The position numbers were made by a program, and so were the translations under genes. The notes beneath the pieces were generated by a model. It did no database searches, was not told the origin of the DNA, and saw nothing but the letters and a program-made list of their open reading frames with translations. Of a DNA stretch of 37,353 nucleotides, positions 1 to 7,742 are shown one piece after another; within the stretch, counting starts at the first letter, position 1, and each line of letters opens with the position of its first letter. The stretch comes from Chthoniobacteraceae bacterium (GTDB lineage: Bacteria > Verrucomicrobiota > Verrucomicrobiia > Chthoniobacterales > Chthoniobacteraceae), in the NCBI GenBank assembly GCA_040081625.1, contig JBEBGD010000050.1, forward strand, positions 1 through 37,353, in the 5' to 3' direction.

Positions 1-420
1 CCGAAAGCCAGCCCGAAGGCTTCGCCCAAACCGGGCCCCACCTCGAAAGCCGCGAGACCCGGCACCGCCAAGTCGCCCGCGACCGGCGAAGGCAAAGGCA
101 AAGGCACCGAGGGCGCCGGCACCGGCGCGGGCAAGCCGAGCGACTTCGGCTGGTATTTCGCCGGCCTGCGCGACCGCTACTACGCCGTGTGGGCGCCGCC
201 GAGCGTGCCCGACGGCGGCTCGCTCGTCGTCACGCTCAAGATCCGCGTGAAGCGCGACGGCACCGTGCTCGGCCACGAGCTGATGAAGTCGAGCGGCAAC
301 TCGCTCATGGACGGCTCCGTCGTCGCCGCCGCCGCGCAAGTCACGAAGATCGACCCGCTCCCACCCGGCCTCGGAAAGGAAGACATCGTGGAAATCCCGA
401 TCAACTTTAAGCCCGAATGA
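1..420 (+). CDS. TonB/TolA-family C-terminal domain protein (5' partial)
   Basis: Frame 1 is open from the window start. A Pro/Lys/Gly-rich linker is followed by WYFAGLRDRYYAVWAPP..VTLKIRVKRDGTV...SSGNSLMDGSV, the TonB_C/TolA pattern. Its stop overlaps the next ATG. Confidence 0.8.
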   Translation, partial: PKASPKASPKPGPTSKAARPGTAKSPATGEGKGKGTEGAGTGAGKPSDFGWYFAGLRDRYYAVWAPPSVPDGGSLVVTLKIRVKRDGTVLGHELMKSSGNSLMDGSVVAAAAQVTKIDPLPPGLGKEDIVEIPINFKPE

Positions 421-1913
421 AATACCTCCTTCTCCTGCTCGCATCGGTCGCCGCGGCGGCGGAAATCCGCGTCACTCCCGATGCACCGCTCGCCGCCGCC
501 ATCGCGCGCGCAGCCAGCGGCGACACACTCGTGCTCGCGCCGGGAATTTATCGCGAGACGGTGCGCGTGGAAAAAACGCTCACCCTGCGCGGCGAACCCG
601 GCGCCGTGCTCGACGGTTCCGAGCCACTCAAGGCCGCGTGGACGGAATCCGACGGCGTCTTCACCGCGACCGTGAAGAAGCGCCCGCGCGGCTTGCTCGT
701 GGACGGGAAATTCATCGCCGAGATCCGCTTCGACCGCGCGCAGGAGCAGGGCGACTGGCACTGGCGCACGCTGCTCCGGCAGGGCCCGCCGCTCAGCAAG
801 TTCGACGGCATCCGCGCGCTCTGGACGTATGACCCCGGCGAGCAGCGCATCCATGCGCGGTTCGAAAACGGAGCGCGCCCCGACGGCCTCGCACTCTCCA
901 TCGTGCCGGCCAGGGATGCGCTGATCCACATCGCCAACGCGCGCGGCGTGATCGTCGAGGGACTCACCTTTTCCGGCGGCGCGAACGCCATCGTGCTCGG
1001 CGAGGGCGCCGTCGAGTGCATCGTCCGCCACTGCCGCGTCACGTCGTTCGAGTCCACTGGCATCGACCTCACCGGCGGCGCATCGCGCTGCCTCGTCGAG
1101 GACTGCGACATCACGCGTGGCTCGCTCGAGGACTGGACGCCCAGCCTCAAGCACGACCGCGCAAACTACGAGATCTGGCGCATCCACAAAGACGTGGGCA
1201 ACTACGACCGCAACGGCATCGACCTCGTCCGCGCCGGCGCCGGCAATCGCATCCTGCGCAACCGCGTGCATCTCACCTTCGACGGCATCGCGCTCGGCGA
1301 CTCAAGCGCCGAGTCGCTCGACAAACCGCTGCCCGATCCCGACCACGGCCGCGGCACCGAGATCGCCGAAAACGTGATCGAAAACACGCGCGACTCCGGC
1401 ATCGAACTCGGCACCGGCTGCATCGACGTAAACGTCCACCACAACACCCTGCGCCGCACCCACGGCGGCCTGCGCTTCAAGCTCCCGCGCATCGGCCCGC
1501 TCTACATCCACCACAACCGCCTCATCGACGGCGCGCCGTTCGGCATCTGGTTCAGCATGGATGCCTCGCCCGCCGAGGCCTACGTCTATCACAACACCAT
1601 CGAGCGCAGCGGCCACGAGGCACTCTTCGTCGCGCGCGAAGCAATGAAGCGCGACTCCCTCGCCCCGCGCTGGCACTTCGTGAACAACCTCATCGTCAGC
1701 GAGCGCGGTTTCACCGACCCGCCGAAAGGAAAGTCATTCGACTTTACCGCCACGCACAACGTCATCGTCAAAGACGAGACAAGCCGCGCCGCGATCGACG
1801 CCGGCCTCGACCTCTCGACGTATCGAAACGGCAAGCCACTCCCCGGCTGCGAGCCCGGCTACTTCAAAGGCAAAGCGCCCGATGCAGGAGCGGATGAGGC
1901 AGGCGCGCGCTGA
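417..1913 (+). CDS. Secreted right-handed parallel beta-helix repeat protein (pectate lyase-like fold)
   Basis: Signal peptide MKYLLLLLASVAAAA, then AAIARAASGDTLVLAPGIYRETV and repeated Asn-ladder strands (ILRNRV, IAENVI, VHHNTL, IHHNRL, VYHNTI, FVNNLI). Confidence 0.8.
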   Translation: MKYLLLLLASVAAAAEIRVTPDAPLAAAIARAASGDTLVLAPGIYRETVRVEKTLTLRGEPGAVLDGSEPLKAAWTESDGVFTATVKKRPRGLLVDGKFIAEIRFDRAQEQGDWHWRTLLRQGPPLSKFDGIRALWTYDPGEQRIHARFENGARPDGLALSIVPARDALIHIANARGVIVEGLTFSGGANAIVLGEGAVECIVRHCRVTSFESTGIDLTGGASRCLVEDCDITRGSLEDWTPSLKHDRANYEIWRIHKDVGNYDRNGIDLVRAGAGNRILRNRVHLTFDGIALGDSSAESLDKPLPDPDHGRGTEIAENVIENTRDSGIELGTGCIDVNVHHNTLRRTHGGLRFKLPRIGPLYIHHNRLIDGAPFGIWFSMDASPAEAYVYHNTIERSGHEALFVAREAMKRDSLAPRWHFVNNLIVSERGFTDPPKGKSFDFTATHNVIVKDETSRAAIDAGLDLSTYRNGKPLPGCEPGYFKGKAPDAGADEAGAR

Positions 1914-2049
1914 TCACGTCTCGCAAAAGAAAAGCGCCGAGCCCTCCGCCGATCGCGATTGACTGCGCGCCGCCCATGCTCAGGCCCGCGATCGCGCGCT
2001 GCGACAGATTCTTCTCCTAGCGATAGTGGAGTTTTCATCGCGCGAAGAA

Positions 2050-3090
2050 TCACGGCTTGCGCCAGCGCCGCGCAAGCTCCGGCCAGTCGCCCGGCTCCGG
2101 CGCGGGCAGCGCGGCGAGCTTCGGCGCTCGCTGCACTACCGCGGCAAACATTTCCGCAATCGCCTCCGCCATCTGCCAGAGGGCGTGGCGATAGTGGGCC
2201 TCGTTGGCGAGCGCGACCATCTGCACGTAGTTGAGGCCGGTTAGTTCGCGGATCGCGGCGCTGCACTCGCCATTCGTGAGCGCTAGATCGCGCATCACGT
2301 CCTGCGCGTGGATGGCGCACCAGCGGCGGTTTTCCGCGAGCACCGCGGCGAGCACCGGCGCACGCGACGGCTCCCATCCATCGGCGAAAAGCTTCGCGAA
2401 CTCGCCGCGCGGTTCCGCCACCCGCATGTAATGCGATTGCACCGCCTCGACCGGCGCGGCCGCGAGCGATGCAAGCAGCGCGGGCCAGTCGAGGTGCAGC
2501 TCCTTTTCTCCGATCTCGTGACAACACATGAGATCCTGGATCGGCCGGTTGCGCGGCGTGTATTTGCCGTCGAGCAAGTGCAGGTCGATGCCGGGCTGCA
2601 CGGACTTGATGAGACTGTCGCTCACCACGTGGACGATCCAGCCGCACGCGTAGGCGAGCGAACGCTCATCGCCGCCGAAGTGCGTGAATACATCGCCCAC
2701 CACCGCCGCGAAGTAGTCCGGCAGATGATCCCACGGCACACGCAGCTCCGCGTCGCGCTTCGTCCAGCCGAAGACTAGATGCGCGCGACCATAGAACTCT
2801 TCGAAGATCTTGTAAGGCGAGAGCGGGCCATCCGGCGTCGCGAGTCGGAAAGGCCGCACCGAGCCACCGGTGATCGGGCTCTTCTCCAGCCGCGCCGTGG
2901 CGTAGCCGACCTCGCGCCCGGTATCCACGCAGACCGCCTCGGGCATCGTCTGGATGTCGCTGCCGAGATAGGCGCCGCACAGATAGCTCCCCCAGTGCCG
3001 CTCCGCGACCGGCACCACCGGCAGCCGCCGCGCCGCCGCCGCCTTCGCGCCGAGCACCGCGTAGAGCGTGTGGCCGATGATTCCGCTCAT
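2050..3090 (-). CDS. Hypothetical protein, possibly Zn-dependent phospholipase C-like fold
   Basis: Start taken at ATG 3090 (MSGIIGHTLY); the upstream ORF extension is antisense to the sigma factor gene. N-terminal His, GAYLGSD and AYACGWIVHVVSD resemble the spacing of Zn_dep_PLPC ligands. Confidence 0.6.
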   Translation of the reverse strand: MSGIIGHTLYAVLGAKAAAARRLPVVPVAERHWGSYLCGAYLGSDIQTMPEAVCVDTGREVGYATARLEKSPITGGSVRPFRLATPDGPLSPYKIFEEFYGRAHLVFGWTKRDAELRVPWDHLPDYFAAVVGDVFTHFGGDERSLAYACGWIVHVVSDSLIKSVQPGIDLHLLDGKYTPRNRPIQDLMCCHEIGEKELHLDWPALLASLAAAPVEAVQSHYMRVAEPRGEFAKLFADGWEPSRAPVLAAVLAENRRWCAIHAQDVMRDLALTNGECSAAIRELTGLNYVQMVALANEAHYRHALWQMAEAIAEMFAAVVQRAPKLAALPAPEPGDWPELARRWRKP

Positions 3091-3159
3091 GCGAAAGAGC
3101 GAGTAAGCGATTGCCGGGGCATGGCGCGATGATATTTCCGGGCGTGATTTTGTCAGCCC

Positions 3160-3798
3160 ATGAATAAAGAAGACCCGCGCCCGTCCAAACCGCCAATCGC
3201 GGACGACTCGCGCGGCCCGCTCGAAGATGAGCCAGAACTCATCGCACGCAGCCAGCGCGGGGAGACCGCAGCTTTCAATGAACTCGTGCTCCGCTACCGC
3301 CAACGCTCTTTTGCCATGATCTACCAGATGGTCCGCCATGAAGACGACGCCTGGGATTTGACGCAGGATGGTTTCCTCAAGGCGTGGAAAAACATCCGCC
3401 ACTTCCGCGGGCAGTCGCAGTTCTTCACGTGGCTTTATCGCATCCTGATGAACGTGACGATCGACTGGATCCGGCGCAAACACGTGAAGGGAGAGACGGA
3501 ATTCGACGACACGATCGGCCTGCACAACATCGAGCCGGCGAGCGCCACGACGCCGCGCGGCGAGATGGCGCCGGCGGCGCGGCTCTCGGATCGCGAGATT
3601 CGCACGCGCATCGACGAGGCGGTCGAGCGGCTCTCGCCCGAGCATCGCGAAGTGATCGTGCTGCGCGAGATCGAGGGACTCGAATATCAGGAGATCGCCG
3701 AGCGCGTGGAGATCCCGCTCGGGTCGGTCATGTCGCGACTTTTCTACGCCCGCAAGAAACTCCAAACGATGCTGAAAGACGTTTATGAAACCCTCTGA
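3160..3798 (+). CDS. ECF-type RNA polymerase sigma-70 factor
   Basis: Region 2 (AFNELVLRY, DAWDLTQDGFLKAW, FFTWLYRI) and region 4 (LSPEHREVIVLREIEGLEYQEIAE..GSVMSRLFYAR). Confidence 0.95.
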   Translation: MNKEDPRPSKPPIADDSRGPLEDEPELIARSQRGETAAFNELVLRYRQRSFAMIYQMVRHEDDAWDLTQDGFLKAWKNIRHFRGQSQFFTWLYRILMNVTIDWIRRKHVKGETEFDDTIGLHNIEPASATTPRGEMAPAARLSDREIRTRIDEAVERLSPEHREVIVLREIEGLEYQEIAERVEIPLGSVMSRLFYARKKLQTMLKDVYETL

Positions 3799-4297
3799 CT
3801 TCGAAGATAACTTCACCGCCTGGCTCGACGGCCGGCTCGACAAGGACAAGTCCATCGCGTTCGAGCGGGAGATGCTCGCACGCGGCTTCGACCCTGCCGC
3901 CGAGCGCGAGGCGGCGGAGAAGATGAGCATCCTGCTCTACCGCCACTCCGCCGCGCCGGAGCTGTCGAACGCGGACTTCTTCCAGCACCAACTCCTGCAC
4001 CGGATGGAGCTCGCGGATCGCAAGCCGGAGCGTGCGAGCGCCGGATGGTGGAGCTTTCCGCGGATCGCGTGGGCGAGCGCGTTGTCGCTGCTGATCGCGG
4101 GTTCGCTGTTTGCGGTTTTCATCGCGGGCGGTGGACCGACGCAGCAGGATTTGTCGCCGTATTTCGCGACGATCGTGGATGCGCGCACGTCCGAGCCCGG
4201 ACTCTCCGTCGATACGATCTACGACGAACACAATCCGGTGACCGTGGTGTGGATCGGCGGGCTCGACTACATGGCCGGGGACATCGTCGCGCAATGA
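3785..4297 (+). CDS. Putative membrane-bound anti-sigma factor
   Basis: Overlaps the sigma gene stop. N-terminal AWLDGRL anti-sigma-like helix and one transmembrane segment (IAWASALSLLIAGSLFAVFI). Confidence 0.7.
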   Translation: MKPSDFEDNFTAWLDGRLDKDKSIAFEREMLARGFDPAAEREAAEKMSILLYRHSAAPELSNADFFQHQLLHRMELADRKPERASAGWWSFPRIAWASALSLLIAGSLFAVFIAGGGPTQQDLSPYFATIVDARTSEPGLSVDTIYDEHNPVTVVWIGGLDYMAGDIVAQ

Positions 4298-4743
4298 GCG
4301 CCCTGCGCGTCGTCCTCATCCTCTTCCTCTTCCTCTTCGCCAGCGGAGTCGAAGCGCGCGACAAGGTCTGGAGCGCGGTGGTGGTGGCCAACAGCGTCGC
4401 GAAGCCGAAGCCCGCGCCCGCCGAACTCAAGGCCGTGGCAGCCCGGCTCCATCGCGTGTTCGGCTGCAACCAATTCGAGATCGTCGGCCACGCGACGACC
4501 GAGATCGACGACGACACGAAGACCACGCTCAAGCCGACGAAAACCTTCTGGCTCGATCTCCAGGCACGCCGCATCAGCAAACCCGACGCGCGCGGCGGCT
4601 ACCTGCTCGGCCTCAAGCTCCATCACGATGAACGCGTGCTCGTGGACACCGTCGCGCTCATCGCAAAGGACAGTCCGTTGTTCTTCCGCGGACCGATGTG
4701 TCCACGCGGGCAGGTGCTCGTGGTGCTGCAAGTGCAGCCGTAG
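4294..4743 (+). CDS. Hypothetical exported protein, third gene of the ECF operon
   Basis: ATGA overlap with the anti-sigma stop; signal peptide MSALRVVLILFLFLFASGVEA. Confidence 0.7.
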   Translation: MSALRVVLILFLFLFASGVEARDKVWSAVVVANSVAKPKPAPAELKAVAARLHRVFGCNQFEIVGHATTEIDDDTKTTLKPTKTFWLDLQARRISKPDARGGYLLGLKLHHDERVLVDTVALIAKDSPLFFRGPMCPRGQVLVVLQVQP

Positions 4744-4763
4744 CGAGCGGACGAAAGCTTCCC

Positions 4764-5741
4764 GTGCCCATCGTTGCTTCGCGGTTCGCACCGCCGTTAT
4801 TCCTCCGCTCCGCGCACGTGCAGACTCTCCTGCCTGCGCTGCTCCCGCGGCGGATCGACTGCGCTTTCGCGCGCGAGCGGCTCGAGCTCGCCGACGGCGA
4901 CTTCGTCGATCTCGACTGGCTGCGCGCGGGGCACGCGCGGGTCGCGATCCTCACGCACGGGCTTGAGGGCGACACGCGCGCGAACTACATCCGCGGCCAG
5001 GCGCGCGCACTCGCCGATGGAGGCTGGGACGTGCTCGCGTGGAATTTCCGCGGCTGCAGCGGCGTGCCGAACCGGCTGCTGCGCTACTACCACGCGGGCG
5101 ACACCGGCGACCTCGGCGCGGTCGTCGCGCACGCCGCGGCGCGATACGCGCGTATCGCGCTCGTCGGCTTCAGCCTCGGCGGAAATGTGACGCTCAAATA
5201 TCTCGGCGAAGCGCCGCCGCATCCGGCAGTCGCCGCCGGCGTGGCGATCGATGCTGCGGTCGATCTCGCCTCGTGCGTGCGGCGGCTCGATCGCGAGCGC
5301 GCGAACTGGCTCTATCGCCGCCACTTTCTCGCCACTCTGCTCGACAAGATCGAAGCCAAGGCGCGCCAGTTCCCAGGCCAGCTCAATCTCGCCGGCCTGC
5401 ACCGCATCCGCGGCATCGAGGAATACGACGACCGCTACGCCGCGCCGATCCACGGCTTCCGCGACGCCGCCGACTACTACGCGCGATCGAGCGCCCGGCA
5501 GTTTCTCCCGCGCATCGCGGTGCCCGCGCTGCTGCTCAATGCCCGCGACGATCCCTTTCTCGCTCCCGCGTGCTTCCCGGAAAGCGAGGCGGAGCAAAGC
5601 GCGCATCTGCACCTCGAGGCACCCGCGCACGGCGGCCACATCGGGTTCCTCGACCTCGCCCGCGGTGTGCAGCCGTGGAGCGAGCGCCGAGTGCTGGAGT
5701 TCCTCGACGCAGCGTTTGCTCCCATCGGCGAACGGGCCTAG
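4764..5741 (+). CDS. Alpha/beta hydrolase, YheT family
   Basis: HVQT, RERLELADGDFVDLDW, HGLEG, NFRGCSG, nucleophile motif GFSLGGN, NARDDPF and GGHIGF; GTG start assumed. Confidence 0.9.
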   Translation: MPIVASRFAPPLFLRSAHVQTLLPALLPRRIDCAFARERLELADGDFVDLDWLRAGHARVAILTHGLEGDTRANYIRGQARALADGGWDVLAWNFRGCSGVPNRLLRYYHAGDTGDLGAVVAHAAARYARIALVGFSLGGNVTLKYLGEAPPHPAVAAGVAIDAAVDLASCVRRLDRERANWLYRRHFLATLLDKIEAKARQFPGQLNLAGLHRIRGIEEYDDRYAAPIHGFRDAADYYARSSARQFLPRIAVPALLLNARDDPFLAPACFPESEAEQSAHLHLEAPAHGGHIGFLDLARGVQPWSERRVLEFLDAAFAPIGERA

Positions 5742-5749
5742 ACACAGGC

Positions 5750-6694
5750 GTGAATTCGCTGCTTCGCGCATCGCTCGCACTTCTCGCCGGATGCATGTTC
5801 GCGTGCGCCGACGAAGTGCCCGTCGGTTTTCTGCCGGCGGATTGGGTGAGCGCGACGCTGCAAAAGACGCTCTCGCCACAGGGCCGCTTCGCGTGGGTGA
5901 TCCCCGCCGGGCCGGTGCGGATCACCGACACGCCCGACCGCATCGAGGCCGCGCGGCGTGCGCTCGGTGAATTGCAGGAGGCGCCCGCGCTCGTGCCGCT
6001 CGACATCAGCTTTGCCACCACGTCGCGACGCACCGTGCAGCGACTGCCAGCGGAGCCGCCAGTGGTCGATCGCGGCTTCCCCGTGCCGAACCGCTACGAT
6101 CCGCCGCGCGTGATCATGAATGGCAGCGGCGGCTTCACCGTGATCCCGAGCCAGCCGCGCGACTTCGGCACGCGCAGCGTCGGCTCCGGAGATGCCGTGA
6201 TTCCCCCGCAGACCGGCTACCAGACCCAGCAATCCGAAGTGCGCCTGACCGAGACGACCGCGACCGGCGGTGTCACGCGCCGCTTCACCGCGTCCGCGGT
6301 GCCGGGCAAGGCGATCACCATCGCCGTGCTGCCGCAAGCCGATGCCGCGGCCTTGCGCGCGCTGGCGATCAAGCTCGGCGCCGTCGCCGAAGCCGAGCCC
6401 GCGTGGCCCGCCGCCGCCACGGAGTTGTTGATCCGGCCGGATCTCTCCCGCGGCACGCTCGTCGTGAACGTGACGCCGCAAATCGTCCTCGCGCAGGGCC
6501 GCCGCGTGCCGCTCCCCGCCTGCGCCGCCGCCGTGATGGTCGCCCGCGGCGCACCGAGCAGCACCGGCCTGCTTCCGCGCACCGACCCGGAGTTCTACCG
6601 CGTCTTCCTCGGCACGCCGCAGGCGCAGGATGAGACGATCACCACGCTGACTGTCGCCGCGCGAGTCCAATACATCGGCAGCCCGCCGAAGTAG
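5750..6694 (+). CDS. Hypothetical exported protein
   Basis: GTG start with a signal-like N-terminus (NSLLRASLALLAGCMFACA); codon usage typical of the window; no family recognised. Confidence 0.6.
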   Translation: MNSLLRASLALLAGCMFACADEVPVGFLPADWVSATLQKTLSPQGRFAWVIPAGPVRITDTPDRIEAARRALGELQEAPALVPLDISFATTSRRTVQRLPAEPPVVDRGFPVPNRYDPPRVIMNGSGGFTVIPSQPRDFGTRSVGSGDAVIPPQTGYQTQQSEVRLTETTATGGVTRRFTASAVPGKAITIAVLPQADAAALRALAIKLGAVAEAEPAWPAAATELLIRPDLSRGTLVVNVTPQIVLAQGRRVPLPACAAAVMVARGAPSSTGLLPRTDPEFYRVFLGTPQAQDETITTLTVAARVQYIGSPPK

Positions 6695-6703
6695 CGCTGC
6701 AAA

Positions 6704-6854
6704 CCAAGGAGGGGCGGCGTCCCGCCGCCCTGTGCCGCGCAGCGGCACCCAAAAGCGTCGCGTCGCCCTGAACCCCGGCAGGGGTTCCCGGGAGGCGTTG
6801 CATCTCGGGAACCCCTGCCGGGGTTCAGGGCGGCGGGACGCCGCCCCTCCTTGG
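6704..6854. repeat. REP doublet (REPIN-like) element, GGAG family, copy 1
   Basis: Perfect 29-bp terminal inverted repeat CCAAGGAGGGGCGGCGTCCCGCCGCCCTG (6704-6732 / 6826-6854). Each arm is GGAG plus a GGGCGGCG-TCC-CGCCGCCC hairpin. There is also an internal 27-bp perfect stem (6764-6790 / 6806-6832). Confidence 0.9.
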
Positions 6855-6913
6855 CTTCGCGCCACGCGCTTTGGACTTGCCTATCGCTCCGACGCTCTTC
6901 AGCCTTCGCCGCC

Positions 6914-7546
6914 ATGGAATTGAAGTTCTTCAATCCATACGCCGACATCGAGCAGACCCAGAATCGGCTCCCTCACTGGCAGCAGGAATCCGCGGTGTAT
7001 TTTGTCACCTTTCGCCTCGCGGACGCTCTGCCGGCTCATCTCCGGCAGCAGTGGAAAAATGAACGCGACGCGTGGCTGGAGTGGCATCCCGAGCCGTGGA
7101 CGGCGGAAGTCGAACGCGAGTATCACGAGCGTTTCTCGGGCGCTCTCGAATGCTGGCTCGATGAGTCGCACGGCGAATGTCTGCTGCGCGTTCCGGCCGC
7201 GGCGAAACTCGTTGGCGATGCGCTCACGCATTTCGAAGGAAAGCGGTTGCATCAGCTCGCGTGGGTGGTGATGCAGAATCACGTCCACGCGCTTTTCATT
7301 CCGCGCCCGCCGTGGACGATGGAGCAACTCATGCACAGTTGGAAAAGCTTCACCGCCCATGCGCTGAACCAGCGGCTCAGTCGCACCGGCGAGCTGTGGC
7401 AGAAGGACTACTTCGACCGTCTCGTGCGAGACCGCCAGCACTTCGCGAATGTGGTCCGCTACATCCGCCGCAACCCATCGAAGGCGAAACTACGCGAAGG
7501 CGAGTATCTGCTGTGGGAGAGCGAGCAAGCGCGAGCCGTGGAGTGA
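6914..7546 (+). mobile_element. REP-associated tyrosine transposase (RAYT, Y1 HUH / IS200-like TnpA)
   Basis: RLPHW, YFVTFRLAD, HUH motif VVMQNHVH, SWKSFTA, LWQKDYFDRLVRD and catalytic-Tyr motif YIRRNP; REP doublets on both sides. Confidence 0.92.
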
Positions 7547-7674
7547 CAAGGAGGGGCGGCGTCTCGCCGCCCTGTGCCGCGCAGCGGCACCCAAAAGCGT
7601 CGCATCACGAGCACGCCCCGCGTTCTTTGGAACCCCTGCCGGGGTTCAGGGCGGCGGGACGCCGCCCCTCCTTG
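7547..7674. repeat. REP doublet (REPIN-like) element, GGAG family, copy 2
   Basis: Begins 1 nt after the RAYT stop. Same arms as 6704-6854 with one C>T in the hairpin loop (7564). Shares internal blocks TGTGCCGCGCAGCGGCACCCAAAAGCGTCGC and GGAACCCCTGCCGGGGTTCAGGG in direct orientation. Confidence 0.9.
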
Positions 7675-7742
7675 GCGCTTCGAGCTTGGCGCTTAGCGCA
7701 CCTTGCCCCGGCGTCCGCGCGCGCTACCCTCGCGGCCCTTTT

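Noticed and set aside
7449..7742. 98-codon N-terminal extension of thrS in the ORF track, or a RAYT-thrS frameshift fusion
   Set aside because: The extension runs through the RAYT 3' end and the GC-rich REP element and is not ThrRS-like. The RAYT is in a different frame and I see no slippery site, so ATG 7743 is the better start.
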